A stretch of 55,062 bases of DNA, taken from assembly GCF_001194135.2 (NCBI RefSeq), contig NC_068981.1:144966164-145021225 (forward strand), in the 5' to 3' direction. Source of the stretch: Octopus bimaculoides (Eukaryota). Under the pieces are notes generated by a model. That model was not told the origin of the DNA and made no database searches. It saw only the letters and a program-made list of their open reading frames with translations. The translations under genes and the position numbers were made by a program. Shown one piece after another: positions 22,300-35,212 of this stretch. Positions within the stretch are counted from its first letter, which is position 1. Each line of letters opens with the position of its first letter.

Positions 22300-23065
22300 T
22301 TCATGCCAACTACATGAAGATGAGTCTTAGATGTGAAGTTAAGTCACCTTTAAAAAGGCAAGCTTTACTGCACGTCGATCAACTGAAGGATGAGAATATT
22401 TCTGTGTTTAGCTATGTGCTATGTTCCGTAGTTCTCTTTTTCTGTTTTCATTTTGCATACAATTGTTTCTTTCTTTCAAAATCTATTAGCCCAGTGCAGA
22501 TCGTTTTCGCCATTTATTTCTGTGACGAGCAACAGATTGAACATATCTGTACGATGTATTCAACTTCCCAAGAATGTTTTTTAGCAAGTCTTTATACCTC
22601 TTCATGTGATGGTTGTAAACCATCCATGTTTCTACTGATTATAGAAGTGAGCTCTTCCTACAGTACTAAGAGTACTTTAACTTTTATTTCTTGCAACGTA
22701 GCTGGTCCAGTATCCTAAGTCACACTTAGTGACGATTGAAGTTATTCTTTATGCTGTCACATTGTGCCTGGCTGTTTACATTAATTTTTAGTATACGCAT
22801 TAGCACTTCACTAAATCATCTATATTTTTTATGATAATACATATATGCTGGCAGAGGGAATTAACCAATCATGCGCCGTTCGAGCAGTGCTCACTGACGA
22901 TGTTTACAGTCATAGACGCAACTAGGTCTAGTTTGGAGATCCTCGAAGGTGGTCATGGTGCGGTTTCGTCCCCTGTCAGCATGTGTGAATACTTTATGCG
23001 CTTTTCCCACAGCATTAAAAATATTTTAACTCTTATTTCTATCAGTGTAGGTTCTGCGAGGCATA
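22300..23065 (-). mobile_element. Old RTE/BovB-like LINE 3' portion, internally deleted
   Basis: Across frames: SVETWMVYNHHMKRYKDLLKNILGKL...VARHRNKWRKTICTGLIDFERKKQ...KQKKR...TCSKACLFKGDLTSHLRL (RTE C-terminal CxxC..H motif). Confidence 0.7.
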
Positions 23066-23089
23066 AGTCACACTTAGTGATGATTGCAT

Positions 23090-23103
23090 GTATGCATATA
23101 TAC

Positions 23104-23190
<87 letters not shown>

Positions 23191-23215
23191 TGTGTGTGCG
23201 TGTGCGTGTGCGTAT
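23090..23215. repeat. (TG)n microsatellite
   Basis: Direct inspection. Confidence 0.95.
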
Positions 23216-23603
23216 GCACCTATCAAATGCTTCTGGTTCTTGCCAGGAAATAAAATCATGTTAATTCGAAGTTTTCAAAAATAGTCTGGTCTGATATATT
23301 ATTCGTGAACAAACAACACGTATAATTTCCGTATTAATTTCTAAATATTGAAACATATACGAGTGGATATATGTACTAAATTTGGATCTTATATGCAGAA
23401 TAGGATTTTGCGTCATTACAAGGCTATGCAAACGAATTAATATAGTCGTTGCTATACTGACGGAAATAAATAGTCATGTGAATCCGATATTTAAACCTTT
23501 ATACTACTTGATTTGAGTAAAAGTATCCAGTACTGTAGTGTCACAATAATTGTAAATAAAGCATTCCTTGTCTCTCTCCAGTCCTCTCTTCGTCGTCTGT
23601 CTT

Positions 23604-23606
<3 letters not shown>

Positions 23607-23670
<64 letters not shown>
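23607..23670. repeat. (CT)n microsatellite
   Basis: Direct inspection. Confidence 0.95.
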
Positions 23671-24030
23671 ATTCTACCTCTCTCCTGCCTTGACACGCTT
23701 TCCCACTCTCCTGTTAGAAAAATTAGATAAAATAAGAACTCTTTGATGATGGAACACAAAATTTATTTTAAAAGAAAGTTTTGTATAATTGATTTATTAA
23801 AAGTCGAGTTTCTTGCAGTTTTTCTTCCGGGTTTTTTCCTTTTTAGTTCAAATCTCAGCCCGGTCAAGTTTGCTCTGATCTCTCGAGTTCGAAAAAATAA
23901 AGTACCTGTTAAGTATTGGAGTAGTATTATATCAACTAACACACACTCCTCAAAATCGTTTACGTTGTGTGCAAACTAGAAATCATTACGATTTTATTGA
24001 TATATTAATTACTTGGAAAGATAAACTAAA

Positions 24031-24212
24031 TAATGGTTTCAAATTTTGGCACAAGGCCAGCTAAATCGATTATATCGACCCGTGTTCAACTGGTTCTTAT
24101 TTTATCGAAGGATGAAATTCTGTCGACATCAGCAGAATTTGATCTCTGAATGTAATGACAGTCGAAATGCTTCTAAGCATTTTTCAAAGCGTGCAAACGA
24201 TTCTGCCAGCTA
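24031..24212 (-). mobile_element. SINE family A
   Basis: Reverse complement of family A from GCTGGCAGAATCG to GGCCTTGTGCCAAAATTTGAAACC. Confidence 0.8.
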
Positions 24213-24475
24213 CCAAATGAAAGATAAAATAAATAATACTAGAAACTGTGGAGTAATGATTTGCGTATTATTAAACTGATTATTTCATAAACAGTCAAGC
24301 AGTTTGTTAAATAAATTATTTGGAAGAAAACATTCCGTGAAACTATTCCAATTAGTATAATGCAATTAGTATAATTCCAGTTGGTAAAATAAAGACAATT
24401 TAAATTAGAAAAACGTTTATATTTGGAAATACCTTTCAAAATACTAAATGAATAATTAAATGGCTTCAAATAAGT

Positions 24476-24732
24476 CAGTGGTTTTCAAACATTTTTTGGC
24501 CTATGGACTCCTTTGATTCCTATTTTACTCAGAAGAGGGGAACATTCAAAACCATTCCATGTCTAAAATCTCCTATTATATTTTTATGTTTAAATATTAC
24601 TACTAACTGTATACAAAAATGTGCAAATATTTTGTGTATTATAGAAATATAACCAGTTTATTTCACATAAATTTTAACAACAAAATCAAACAAGGACCCA
24701 GAGGCCAAATTAACCCTTTGTTGAAAACTATG
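24476..24732. mobile_element. hAT-type MITE
   Basis: TIR-like ends CAGTGGTTTTCAA / TTGAAAACTATG; no TSD recognisable. Confidence 0.55.
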
Positions 24733-24789
24733 AATGTAAAGTATGATTTAATATGTTAACAGACGTTTCTCAACTCGTTTGCATGTAGT

Positions 24790-24855
24790 TTGTATATATA
24801 TATATATATATATATACATACATACATACATACAAGCATAGATATACATATATTT

Positions 24856-24918
<63 letters not shown>

Positions 24919-25020
24919 CATATATATGTATATAAATACATACGTATATATCTATCTATATATATACATATATATACATATATAAATATACATACATACA
25001 TACATACATACATGCATGCA
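24790..25020. repeat. Compound AT/CA/ATAC microsatellite
   Basis: Direct inspection. Confidence 0.95.
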
Positions 25021-25594
25021 TACAAATAGGCATGACTGCAAGATCGAATACATGAATCTAAAATGATAACTAAGGGAAAATGTATGTACTTCTAACGTCG
25101 TTTTTAGTTTTTGTACCAGTTACCGACGAATACACGAATACAAATATGAATACTGCGATTTTCTATTATAAATATCTGATTTCTTTGTATGAAACAAATT
25201 TTATAGCAACATGAAAAATAAAAACTCTTATCCATTTTAACATCTAATCTCCTCCATTACATAAATAGCAATGAAATTGCTTAACTGTATTTGGTAAGTT
25301 AAATCATATACTGATTATTTATACATATATACATATATATATATTTTTTGTTTTTTTATTAAAATATATTAACTGAACATAAATGATATAAGCACTTTCC
25401 CTCTGTCATGAGCATAAGGAGAAATATGCTTATACATATAAACAGACAGAGAGAAAACAGGACACAATAGAATGTTTGATGTCAAACCAGCGATGCCAAA
25501 CACGCAAGGCTAAAACGGCTTTCTTAAAACGTTACATACCCGTTCGTTAATATGTGATTACATAATTTGCAGCAAAATCGTATTTACAGACGCA

Positions 25595-25980
25595 GAAGTG
25601 GTTGAGTGGTAAGAAGCTTGCTTCCCAACCACATGGTTCCGGATTCAGTCCCACTGCTTGGCATCTTGGGCAAGTGTCTTTTATTATAGCTTCGGGCCGA
25701 CCAAAGCCTTGTGAGTGGATTTGGTAGACGGAAACTGAAAGAAGCCCATCATATATGTGTGTGTGTGTATGTGTTTGTGTGTGTCTATGCACCCACCCCC
25801 CCATCGCTTGACAACTGATGTTGATGTGTTTACGTCCCCGTAACCTAGTGTTTCAGCAATAAAGACCGATACAATGAGTATTAGGTTTGCAAAGAATAAG
25901 TCTTGGGGTCGATTTGTTCGACTAAAGACCGTGCTCCAGCATAGCCGCAGTCAAACGACTGAAACAAGTAAAAGAATAAA
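25595..25980 (+). mobile_element. Composite tRNA-derived SINE family B, near full length
   Basis: GTGGTTGAGTGGTAAGAAGCTTGCTTCCCAACCACATGGTTCCGGATTCAGTCCC (A/B boxes), CTTGGGCAAGTG, TG linker and 3' module ending GAAACAAGTAAAAGAATAAA. Confidence 0.9.
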
Positions 25981-25984
25981 ATAA

Positions 25985-27017
25985 TCTATATACATAAATG
26001 GCAATTTCTGTCTGATTGTGGCTGCGTGTGTTTGTGAATTTGTTACTTTAACTCCTCCGAGACTATCCAACCAATCTTGATGAAACTTGACACTTGTGTG
26101 GAGCTTATGTCCATGCGGTCACTTACGCACTTGGAATTTCCAAAAAAGGGATAATTTTTAATCAGCATCGATTTTTCAAAAATCAATACGCCATTTCAAT
26201 GCAAATTCTCATATGAATGTTATTTTCTGTCATAACTTTTAAAGTTTTCAACCGATTTTCTTGAAATCTAATACACTATGGAATATGCGCTAAGGATGGG
26301 TTGAGATAAATAAATTTTTACCTAGGCCACTCAAGCAAAGCGTAAGATGATTTTTGATTAACTGATTAACAAAATTTGGTCTAAATTGTTGTGAGGTTAA
26401 AATGTTCATCAATTACTTCAGCATTCTCATGTTGCTGTAACATGTATTTTCTTAACACCTGCACTTTATATTATCGATTTTAAACGTTGTAGCTTTGTGT
26501 GCTAAAACATGTAACATGGATTTTCTTAACACTTGCACTTAAAATTATCGATTCTAAACGCTGCAGCGTTGTGTGCTAAAACATGTAACATGTATTTTCT
26601 TAACACCTGAACTTAAAATTGTCGGTTCTAAACGTTGCAATCAATATTTGATTTTCACGATCAGCGGAACTATACCCATGAAACACAGTCGTCAAATTAA
26701 GAGCCTTTTCTCTAATTAATTTTTTGTTTACTTTTCAAACTTTTATGTTCTTTTTTTTTCATAGCACTCCTTTACAATTCCCTTCTTGGTGTTTCCATTG
26801 ATTATATATTTGCAGCTTTCCACTCATGTGACCAAACGATTGTCATTTTCCGATTCCATACCTATCCATTTGTAGTATTGTTTCGTGAATGAATTTGCTT
26901 ACGCCTTCTATTATCTGTCATATGTCTTGATTTTATGTTTAGTCTTTGAGAAATTAGGCATTGTAATGATTACTGGAAATATCCCCACTCCTGTGTATTA
27001 CCGGGTACCTCAGCTAG
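25985..27017 (+). mobile_element. Non-autonomous Helitron-like element (1033 bp)
   Basis: A|TCTATATACATAAATGG...CCGGGTACCTCAGCTAG|T: 5' TC, 3' CTAG, inserted between A and T, no TSD, internal tandem repeats. Confidence 0.7.
26436..26640 (+). repeat. 74-bp tandem repeat, ~2.8 copies
   Basis: Units start at 26436, 26510 and 26584 (TGTAACATGTATTTTCTTAACACC...). Confidence 0.92.
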
Positions 27018-27049
27018 TAAAACGATATTGAAAGCTTAACAATAAATAT

Positions 27050-27257
27050 TGATTTTGACACAAGGCCAGCGAATTCGAGGGAGGGGTAGGTCGATTACAT
27101 AGATACCAGTGCTCAACTGGTATTTGTTTTATTGATCTCGAAAGGATAAAAAGCAAAGTCACTTTGGCAGAATTTGAGCTCTGAACATAAAAAAGACAGA
27201 CGGAATGCCGCTAAGCATTTGCCAGGCTTCCTACTGATTCTGCCAGCTCGCCGCCTT
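27050..27257 (-). mobile_element. SINE family A, full length
   Basis: Reverse complement from TAAGGCGGCGAGCTGGCAG to GGCCTTGTGTCAAAAT. Confidence 0.85.
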
Positions 27258-28303
27258 ATATATCAATAAATATCAACAAGCATGCCATATACTTTCGCAA
27301 AATGAAATCTTTCAATTGTCACTCTATAAAACAATCTAAGAAATACATCTGCAACAGACTTCCAGGTAGTCAAAATAGGACAGCTCTCAACAGAACACAA
27401 TATAATTAACATCTTGTAACAATCTACAATTATATTCTTGAATTCTTTAGCATTTCAGGTAACAGCGATAAAAGACGTAAGTGAATTTAATGATAGAAAC
27501 CTCTCGAAGCTGTATCGGTCACCGAGAAACCTTAAATGCATACTTGTTTTACGAGTGTATATTCATGCTTATATATGGAAAACTCTGTTACAAAAGGTCA
27601 GCTAAAGCTGAGTAGGAGATTAGACAAACAAAGCAGATATAAATCAAACGGTTAATGTCCATTTTGAAATATTTGTGTTACTGGAAGAGTCCTTACTCTA
27701 TATCATAAAATGTCGCATATTTCGCATATCAATATTTGCATGACTGCATGCATCACACAGGCTCACACCCACACATATTTGTATATATATGTGTGTATAT
27801 ATGTATGTATCATTCAACCACGGTAGTGGTTGTATATATTCTAAGTCCACCATTTCGTCAATCGCAGCAGTTTCCAAGCTTTACCACTAATTCAGTTCTC
27901 AACTAAATTGGAAACTGTTAGCAGTTTTAAAGAGGGGACCTCATCAGCTACACTTTGGCATTAATAGTTTGAGATTTGGTTTCGTAGAGAAAAAAAGCTA
28001 CATCAAAATATACGGGTCTAAAGGTTGGCAGTAAGGCACTTATTCATCTTCAATTAACATAATTTTTTTTCTTAGGCTTTAAATAATACAAAAATGCAAG
28101 AGGAATTCAGAATCGTTAGTCACATTGAACAAAAATTAGAAGAAAAGTTATGAGGTGAAATGTCATGGAATTTCATGTCAGTAGCGACATCAAACTCCAT
28201 TATTCACCAAATTCCACATATTAGAGGAGACTTTCAATAATAAGAGTGTACCAAAACGGCGGTACCCTATCATGCCCACAGCTTTGAGCTGAAACTGAAT
28301 ATA

Positions 28304-28304
<1 letters not shown>

Positions 28305-28353
<49 letters not shown>

Positions 28354-28619
28354 CGTGTGTGTGTGTGTATGTATGTATGTATGTATGTATGAGTACTATA
28401 TGTACTTGTATTTCAACATGATTTTACTTGTTTTACACACCTTAAAATTCATTTCAGATACACATAACACATATCATATAACGCAATCCATGAGTATTAA
28501 AATGTTGAAATAGCAGCTGTTATAAGTTAATATAATATGGGAATAGTTGTAGAAGAATGAGTAACTTTAATGAGATTCACATTAAATTTACACAATAATA
28601 CTTTGACTACAATGTTCAC

Positions 28620-28656
<37 letters not shown>

Positions 28657-28717
28657 AAGGTAGGCAGGTAGGTAGGTATGTAAGTAGGTAGACACGTGCT
28701 TTTTCATATATGTGTGT

Positions 28718-28800
<83 letters not shown>

Positions 28801-28836
28801 TGTATGTATATATGCGTGTGTGTGAATGTATGTATG

Positions 28837-28922
<86 letters not shown>

Positions 28923-28990
28923 ATATAAATATATAGATATATGCCTATATCCATACATATATGTACATACCTACATCTATATGTATACAT
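28305..28990. repeat. Microsatellite cluster (TG, TATG, GATA, AT)
   Basis: Arrays at ~28305-28390 and ~28620-28990. Confidence 0.9.
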
Positions 28991-29380
28991 ACATGCATAT
29001 ATGGATACAGGGCATCACAAAAAACGTTAAACACAATGCGAAACGAAAAACGAAAACAGAAAACGAACTTTTTTCGAACAACGGAAAAGACAGAGACACG
29101 AGACATGCAACATAAAGAGTATATCCCTTCGTCAGTTGTCCCTGTCCATCTACTCCGCACGTTTTGATGATTACAGTTTGAATTACATTATTTCGTTACT
29201 TTGAAGCTTTATGTATTTAGGGTAGTGTTAAAGTAACACTCAGGTGAGAATTCAACACCAGAAAAACTGATACCTCGTCGTCGAAATCTGATTAACCTTC
29301 AGATTTTCAGATTTGTTCAAAGGTACTTAATTTTTCAATGATTTTGTGAATAATTTCAGTGTGTATATAAACACATTGCT

Positions 29381-29382
<2 letters not shown>

Positions 29383-29463
<81 letters not shown>
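29383..29463. repeat. (CT)n microsatellite
   Basis: Direct inspection. Confidence 0.97.
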
Positions 29464-29465
<2 letters not shown>

Positions 29466-29782
29466 ACAAGCACATTAGATTAAACTGTTTCCATTGCTTT
29501 TGAAGTTTTATGATATAAACGTACAAACGCAGGCACGCGTGTGTGTGTGTGCGTGCGTGTGTGTGTGTGTGTGTGTTTGTTTGTTTGTTTGTGTGCGTGT
29601 GTGTGTGTGTGTGTCTGTATGTATCTGTGTACGTATCTATTTTATATGTGTATATTGCATATATTTAGAGAGAGGGAGAGAGAAAGAAAGAAAAAGGAAA
29701 GGAAACAGAGACAGCTGTGTGTATGTATGTGTGTGTATGTTTGTGTGTGTACGTGTGTGTGTGTTTGTGTGTGAATGTGTGC

Positions 29783-29821
<39 letters not shown>

Positions 29822-29870
29822 CATGTACGGATTTATATACAAATACAAACACTTACGCTGATCGAATTAC

Positions 29871-29897
29871 CTTCATGCGTCTAGGCACGAACTTACA
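29871..29897 (-). CDS. Candidate 27-nt micro-exon CKFVPRRMK (45 nt from the upstream acceptor)
   Basis: Tandem acceptors ttccttatattctAG and acattcgtttgcAG, donor AAG|GTAATT, open in phase 0. Confidence 0.2.
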
Positions 29898-30089
29898 CTG
29901 CAAACGAATGTACAACTAGAATATAAGGAAGATTGAGTTTGGATAACTATATCATTTCTGTGAGACAGTTGACGATAAAAGTATTATAATATTGACTTGA
30001 AACTGAGGGACCTATTCATGTGTGAACACACAAACAACGAGATGAATACAGTAATATTGTACTTAACAGTAACCTATGACTAGCTCTGC

Positions 30090-30830
30090 CAGGACAGATA
30101 AAAAGCGAAAATATAATTTATAAAAGTGATTAATGCAACCTATTTGTTATCATGAATAAAGATGAATATATTACGAAAATAAAAGCATGCTTTAGGATAA
30201 CAGTAAATTCCGAAAGAAAACACTGCTCAACTAAAATTTGAACTAAGTTTACTGGAGCTGCTAACGCTCATATAAAATCTATCTCTTTGCAGTATTAAAA
30301 GGAGTTAAGCCCTGCATACCTCTAAGGTGTTATTAAAACTTAGAAACTTATTAACCAAATTCTAACGCCCGCTCATAGAATAAAAACTAGATCATAAAGA
30401 AATACTTTCCAGAAAGATACAACATACCTTTTAATACATTAGATAACCTGTGACTTTTTTTTATGAATTCCTAGAACTTCAACAAGAAACTGGAAAACAT
30501 GGTATTTAGAAAATCTTTTTACTAAAGCCGCATAACTGAAACTATATCCATAATCCTCGATAAGTTGTACACACTTCATACAGTAAAATTACCTGCTATG
30601 TCAAGAAACATCATTAATAATTGTCTGTTGTTCTACGCAAATGATGTGCCATTCCACTGAGCATAATGAAATTTATGAACCTAAACGGAGGGAATGACCA
30701 TAGGTTCTTCACTTGGACCCACATCTTCGACATTCTACGCAATAAAGTGAAATACAAGACCCTTACCAAACGTAACCTTACAATCTTCACTAAGTTGATG
30801 ATATATACATTATGACATGTTGATTAACAA
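30090..30830 (+). mobile_element. Penelope-like element reverse transcriptase remnant
   Basis: LFVIMNKDEYITKIKAC (~30140), MTIGSSLGPTSSTFY (30694; GxxMGSPLGP-like) and VDDIY (30794) in the correct order, with many stops and frameshifts. Confidence 0.7.
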
Positions 30831-31673
30831 GCTGATAGATATAACGATCTTAAAGATAATTTCATCTTTCTAATTGCAATCCAACATAGCTCTAGTATAA
30901 ATTCAGACCGCAGCATCACGCTATATTTAGTTATCTATTAAATCTTTTAGTCTGGAAGAAAGTGAGTACCCATGAACTATACAGCGCCTCCATGACCGGT
31001 GAGAAGGTGGGCATCTTCAAAGCAGAAATCAGGTATGAAAAAAGGTAATAGAGTGGACTCAACTAAAAAACACTTAGAATGATAGGTGAGATGTTAGCCC
31101 TAGTAAGCGATTAAGTATAACACCCAAATATACACAAACACAAAAATGCTGATATACGTACGATGATAATGAATGTTTTCATATACCCTGTATATCAAAA
31201 ATATCTTTAGTCAAATCCCCTTCTTAGATGATCTTTTCAATGTTCATTCATGAAAGAATCCTTAAGACACATAATCTTGCATGAAAGCAAACAGTTAATA
31301 ATGGGTGTTCTAATAAACTATTAGATTAGGTCATAGAACAATACAGAAACAAATTTACTCTCACCGATTGACCATGCATTAACAACAAAAAGCCACCGCA
31401 ATTGATTTTAATATAATACATGAAATAAACTTTAGATAGTGAAACACTAGCTGATAGTACTGCAAATTTTATATACAATTTCTTTCCCGCCAAAAAAAGA
31501 AATATGGAAGTTTTACAAGTTGTTAGATGCAAACCGAAATTCAATACTCAAATTCATAGCACGTACATTAAATCATGAAATCTATTAGAAATTAACTTAG
31601 GCGTTGATAATTTTATCAGTTATTATATGTGTGATTTTATCACACACAGGTGCGCGCGTGTGTGTGTGTGTGT

Positions 31674-31708
<35 letters not shown>

Positions 31709-32304
31709 ACTTTGCGTGTACGTATGTTTGCATGTGTATATTTGTGTTCGTTCATATTTTCAATACCCCAATGTTACGCTAACTTATATTGGTCAATATA
31801 ATATATTTTCTGTTAAACATTTTTACCTCAAAATTTTTGTCGAGATTGGTAGTATTCAATGCTTAACCATGAATATCTGTATGTAAGCCATATTTGTATG
31901 TAAACGTTCTATTTCTAAAGAATGTCATTATATTTTGCTCAATCTATTCTTAAATGGACGCGTTTTCATAGAGGATGCAACTGGCATAAGGACAAGAATC
32001 AACGACTAATGAAATTTGAGTCACACATCACATTACTTGTCACATACGCAGAACATCAATGAACATTACGTACAAATATCGATGGGGATTTAGGTGTCAT
32101 AGACATCGAGTAGGGAAACGGAGGGATTAATAAGCACAAACTATTGATAATCATTAATATAGATTTCTTACATTATTCAAGATATCGACTGCATATCAGA
32201 AAATGTTGACACGCAAACAAATGTATTTAGTCAATATGTAACACAATCATGGAGTACCGTTCCCACCTTTGATAGATATGTACGTATATATATATATACA
32301 CAAA

Positions 32305-32868
32305 CATTTTTTTTCCACTGTAACATGGCTTTTCTATAAAGAGCTATGTTACTATATTTTAACCCCAGGAAAACATATTTTTCAGTTGGTTAACGACACA
32401 CAACCGGTGTCCGATATATATTGAGTAAAGGAGCGAATCACTCCCTTCCAGCTTGGTAAAACCAGTCGACAATGATTTCTGGGACGTTACCCTTCTTCGG
32501 TACTGGACACCTGCTTGCTAGAGATGGCAGTCAATCGTCCCTACACACAATATATAAATAGAGAAACAGCAGACAGCCGCTGATCTTGTAACAAGCAAAA
32601 TAGTTAGTTCTAAAATCTCTAAACGAGATATAATTAGTAACAATACTAAGGTGACGTTTTTTGCCATTATAACATGACTGTTCTATAAGGAACTAAGTTA
32701 CTACATTTTAACTCGAGGAAAACTTCTTTTCCAGCTGGTTTATGACACACAAACTGTGTCCGATAAATTATGAGTAAAGAAACGAATCACTCCCCCTCCA
32801 GCTTGGCAAGGCCAGTAGACCATGTTTTCTGGGTTTTTACTCTTCATTGGTATTAGACATCTGCCTAC

Positions 32869-32870
<2 letters not shown>
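32305..32870 (+). repeat. Diverged ~215-bp direct duplication
   Basis: 32305-32520 and 32660-32870 align (TAACATG.CT.TTCTATAA...GACACACAA...GTGTCCGATA...GAGTAAAG..CGAATCACTCCC..CCAGCTTGG). Confidence 0.85.
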
Positions 32871-32901
<31 letters not shown>

Positions 32902-33427
32902 CTGTGTGTATACACACAAACATATATATATGTATGTATGTATTATGAATGTATGTGTATGTATGTGTATATATATATATATATATATAATAGCACAATA
33001 GCGACAAATATATTTCATTATTAATGTAATGTTTTTAATGTTATTAATTTCTATCTATATCTGAAATTGCTTGGCTGCTTTGAAAAATTTTCTGCGGTAA
33101 AATTGAAAGTTATAAACAGAAAATATTTACACATCACACTTATCTTTAATGCTATTTAACCTGAGGAATATTATGTGTATAGGATAGTAATCATAAAACG
33201 TCAACACTCTGAAATCAAACGAACTGATATTTCAAATCTGTAACATCTCAAGAGTATTACAAAATAGTTTTCCATATAATTCATTTGGCTTCTCGGTTCT
33301 GCCAAAACATTTTCAATTAATATACACTAGTCTTGAATATACATATTAGTTTCAAGTCTGCCGGTAACCCATAGTTACACTTTTGACCAAATATACTTTA
33401 TCATTCTCTTTTACCCACCTGTTAGAC

Positions 33428-33782
33428 CACTGGCTCTCAACCCGGGTCCATATGGCCCATGAGGGCCAAAATGAGATTTGGGGGGGGTCCACGTAACAAA
33501 ATATTAAATTGGGGATCCACCCATAGAATCTTAAGAGACCCTGGAAAAAGTTTGCTTTAGATGTATATATTAGTATGTATCGTAAGAAACAGTTAGTTTT
33601 CTTTCTCTAACATTTTATATAATTCAATCTACACAAGTTAATGTGAAAGAAACCAAATAGGAATTTTGAAAGAGGCTTCTCTAAAACTAGTTTTTAAACA
33701 TCGAATGTCTATGGTGGGGGGTCTATCGGAATGAAATAGTAATCAAATGATTCTATAAATGAAAAACTGTTGAGAACCCCTA
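33428..33782. mobile_element. hAT (Charlie-like) MITE
   Basis: TIRs CACTGGCTCTCAAC / GTTGAGAACCCCTA; flanks TGTTAGAC / GTTTAAGC may be a decayed 8-bp TSD. Confidence 0.65.
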
Positions 33783-33929
33783 GTTTAAGCCAACGTCCAA
33801 AAGCTTCCAGACACATTTATTGTCTTTTGCTTTTTTTTGTCAGTTATGGTAGATGTGTAAATAATTTATTGAATTATTTTTTAAAAGACGCGTGAAGTTA
33901 ACTCGTCTAGATAGATGACCATTTATGCG

Positions 33930-34310
33930 AACTACCAAACGGATGTCGCTGTATAAAGCAGCAATCTAACCGCAAGATCGGGGCCGAAACCAGCCGCCCT
34001 AAGGACAGCTTCCAAGTATTGACGGTCGACCCTATCGAAAGTTTTCGATTGATCCAAATTGATGGGCGCCCCACCCATGCCAGGTTCCTTGACTACTTTG
34101 TCTATGATGTAGCGCATCAGATGAAAGTTGTCATAAATACTTCTGCTTGGCACGGCGCATCTTTGCGCCTTGTCGGCCAGCGCTGACATCTCGGCTAGCA
34201 CTTTGGCCAAAATCTTCAGATCTGCGTTGAGCAGGGTGACCGACCGGAAATTATCTATAACGTTTTCAGAGTCTTTCAAGGCAGTAATTTATATAAAACT
34301 CCTTCAGTTG
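33930..34310 (-). pseudogene. Tx1/L1-clade reverse transcriptase fragment
   Basis: DNFRSVTLLNADLKILAKVLA...CAVPSRSIYDNFHLMRYII...GGAPINLDQSKTFDRVDRQYLEAVLRAAGFGP. Confidence 0.9.
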
Positions 34311-34327
34311 GTTGCTGTTCTCTCGCT

Positions 34328-34365
34328 ACTTTATATCCGCACACACACACGCTCACACACACACA

Positions 34366-34407
<42 letters not shown>

Positions 34408-34501
34408 TACACAATACACACACACACACATGCATATGTGTGTCACACACATATATATATATACGTATATACGTGTCACACACACACACAAACATAAAAA
34501 A

Positions 34502-34540
<39 letters not shown>

Positions 34541-34579
34541 TTGTGTGTGTATTGTGTGTGTGTGTGTGTGTGTGTGCGT

Positions 34580-34652
<73 letters not shown>
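34328..34652. repeat. (CA)n...(TG)n inverted microsatellite pair
   Basis: CA-rich 34328-34490 followed by TG-rich 34504-34652. Confidence 0.93.
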
Positions 34653-34655
<3 letters not shown>

Positions 34656-34749
34656 TCCTTGTAGATTCGAAAACTGAATTGCCGATTTTGATATGGGGTA
34701 TTAAAAGATTCAGTAATCTTTCAGCTAGTAAATGAAGTATGTTTCTTAC

Positions 34750-34839
34750 ACAACAACTCCTTTTTACAACAAAAGTAACCTTGAAAGCAAGGTCAGGTCG
34801 CACAATTTTGAGGTCTTTAGCTAAGGGCGGCAACTCTTC
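34750..34839 (-). CDS. Candidate 90-nt exon EELPPLAKDLKIVRPDLAFKVTFVVKRSCC
   Basis: Acceptor aaattgtttAG (34841-34840), donor TGT|GTAAGA, only phase 0 open, length a multiple of 3. Confidence 0.25.
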
Positions 34840-35141
34840 CTAAACAATTTTTGTGTCTTAGAGCATAGCGAGAAAATTTTTTAACTACATAGTTTTACCA
34901 GGGAATGAATCTTCGAAGACATACCGTCAACTTTATTAGTATTATTTACTAGATAATCTTTTAACGTGAAGTATTTTTGTCTGAGTTTTATTTAATCCAG
35001 AGTTGTCTCTTATGTAGCAGACTCATCGCATACTTTTTCTTCTTCCTGAGGTACTGTAAATCTGTGTCTTTCTCTTAATGAAAGGTGTGTTTTAAGAGAG
35101 ATTTGGCTGCTATTTGTAGCAGCTCAAATTACTAGAGACAC

Positions 35142-35212
<71 letters not shown>

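Noticed and set aside
22314-22718. 134-aa plus-strand ORF
   Set aside because: It is the antisense of a decayed RTE fragment.
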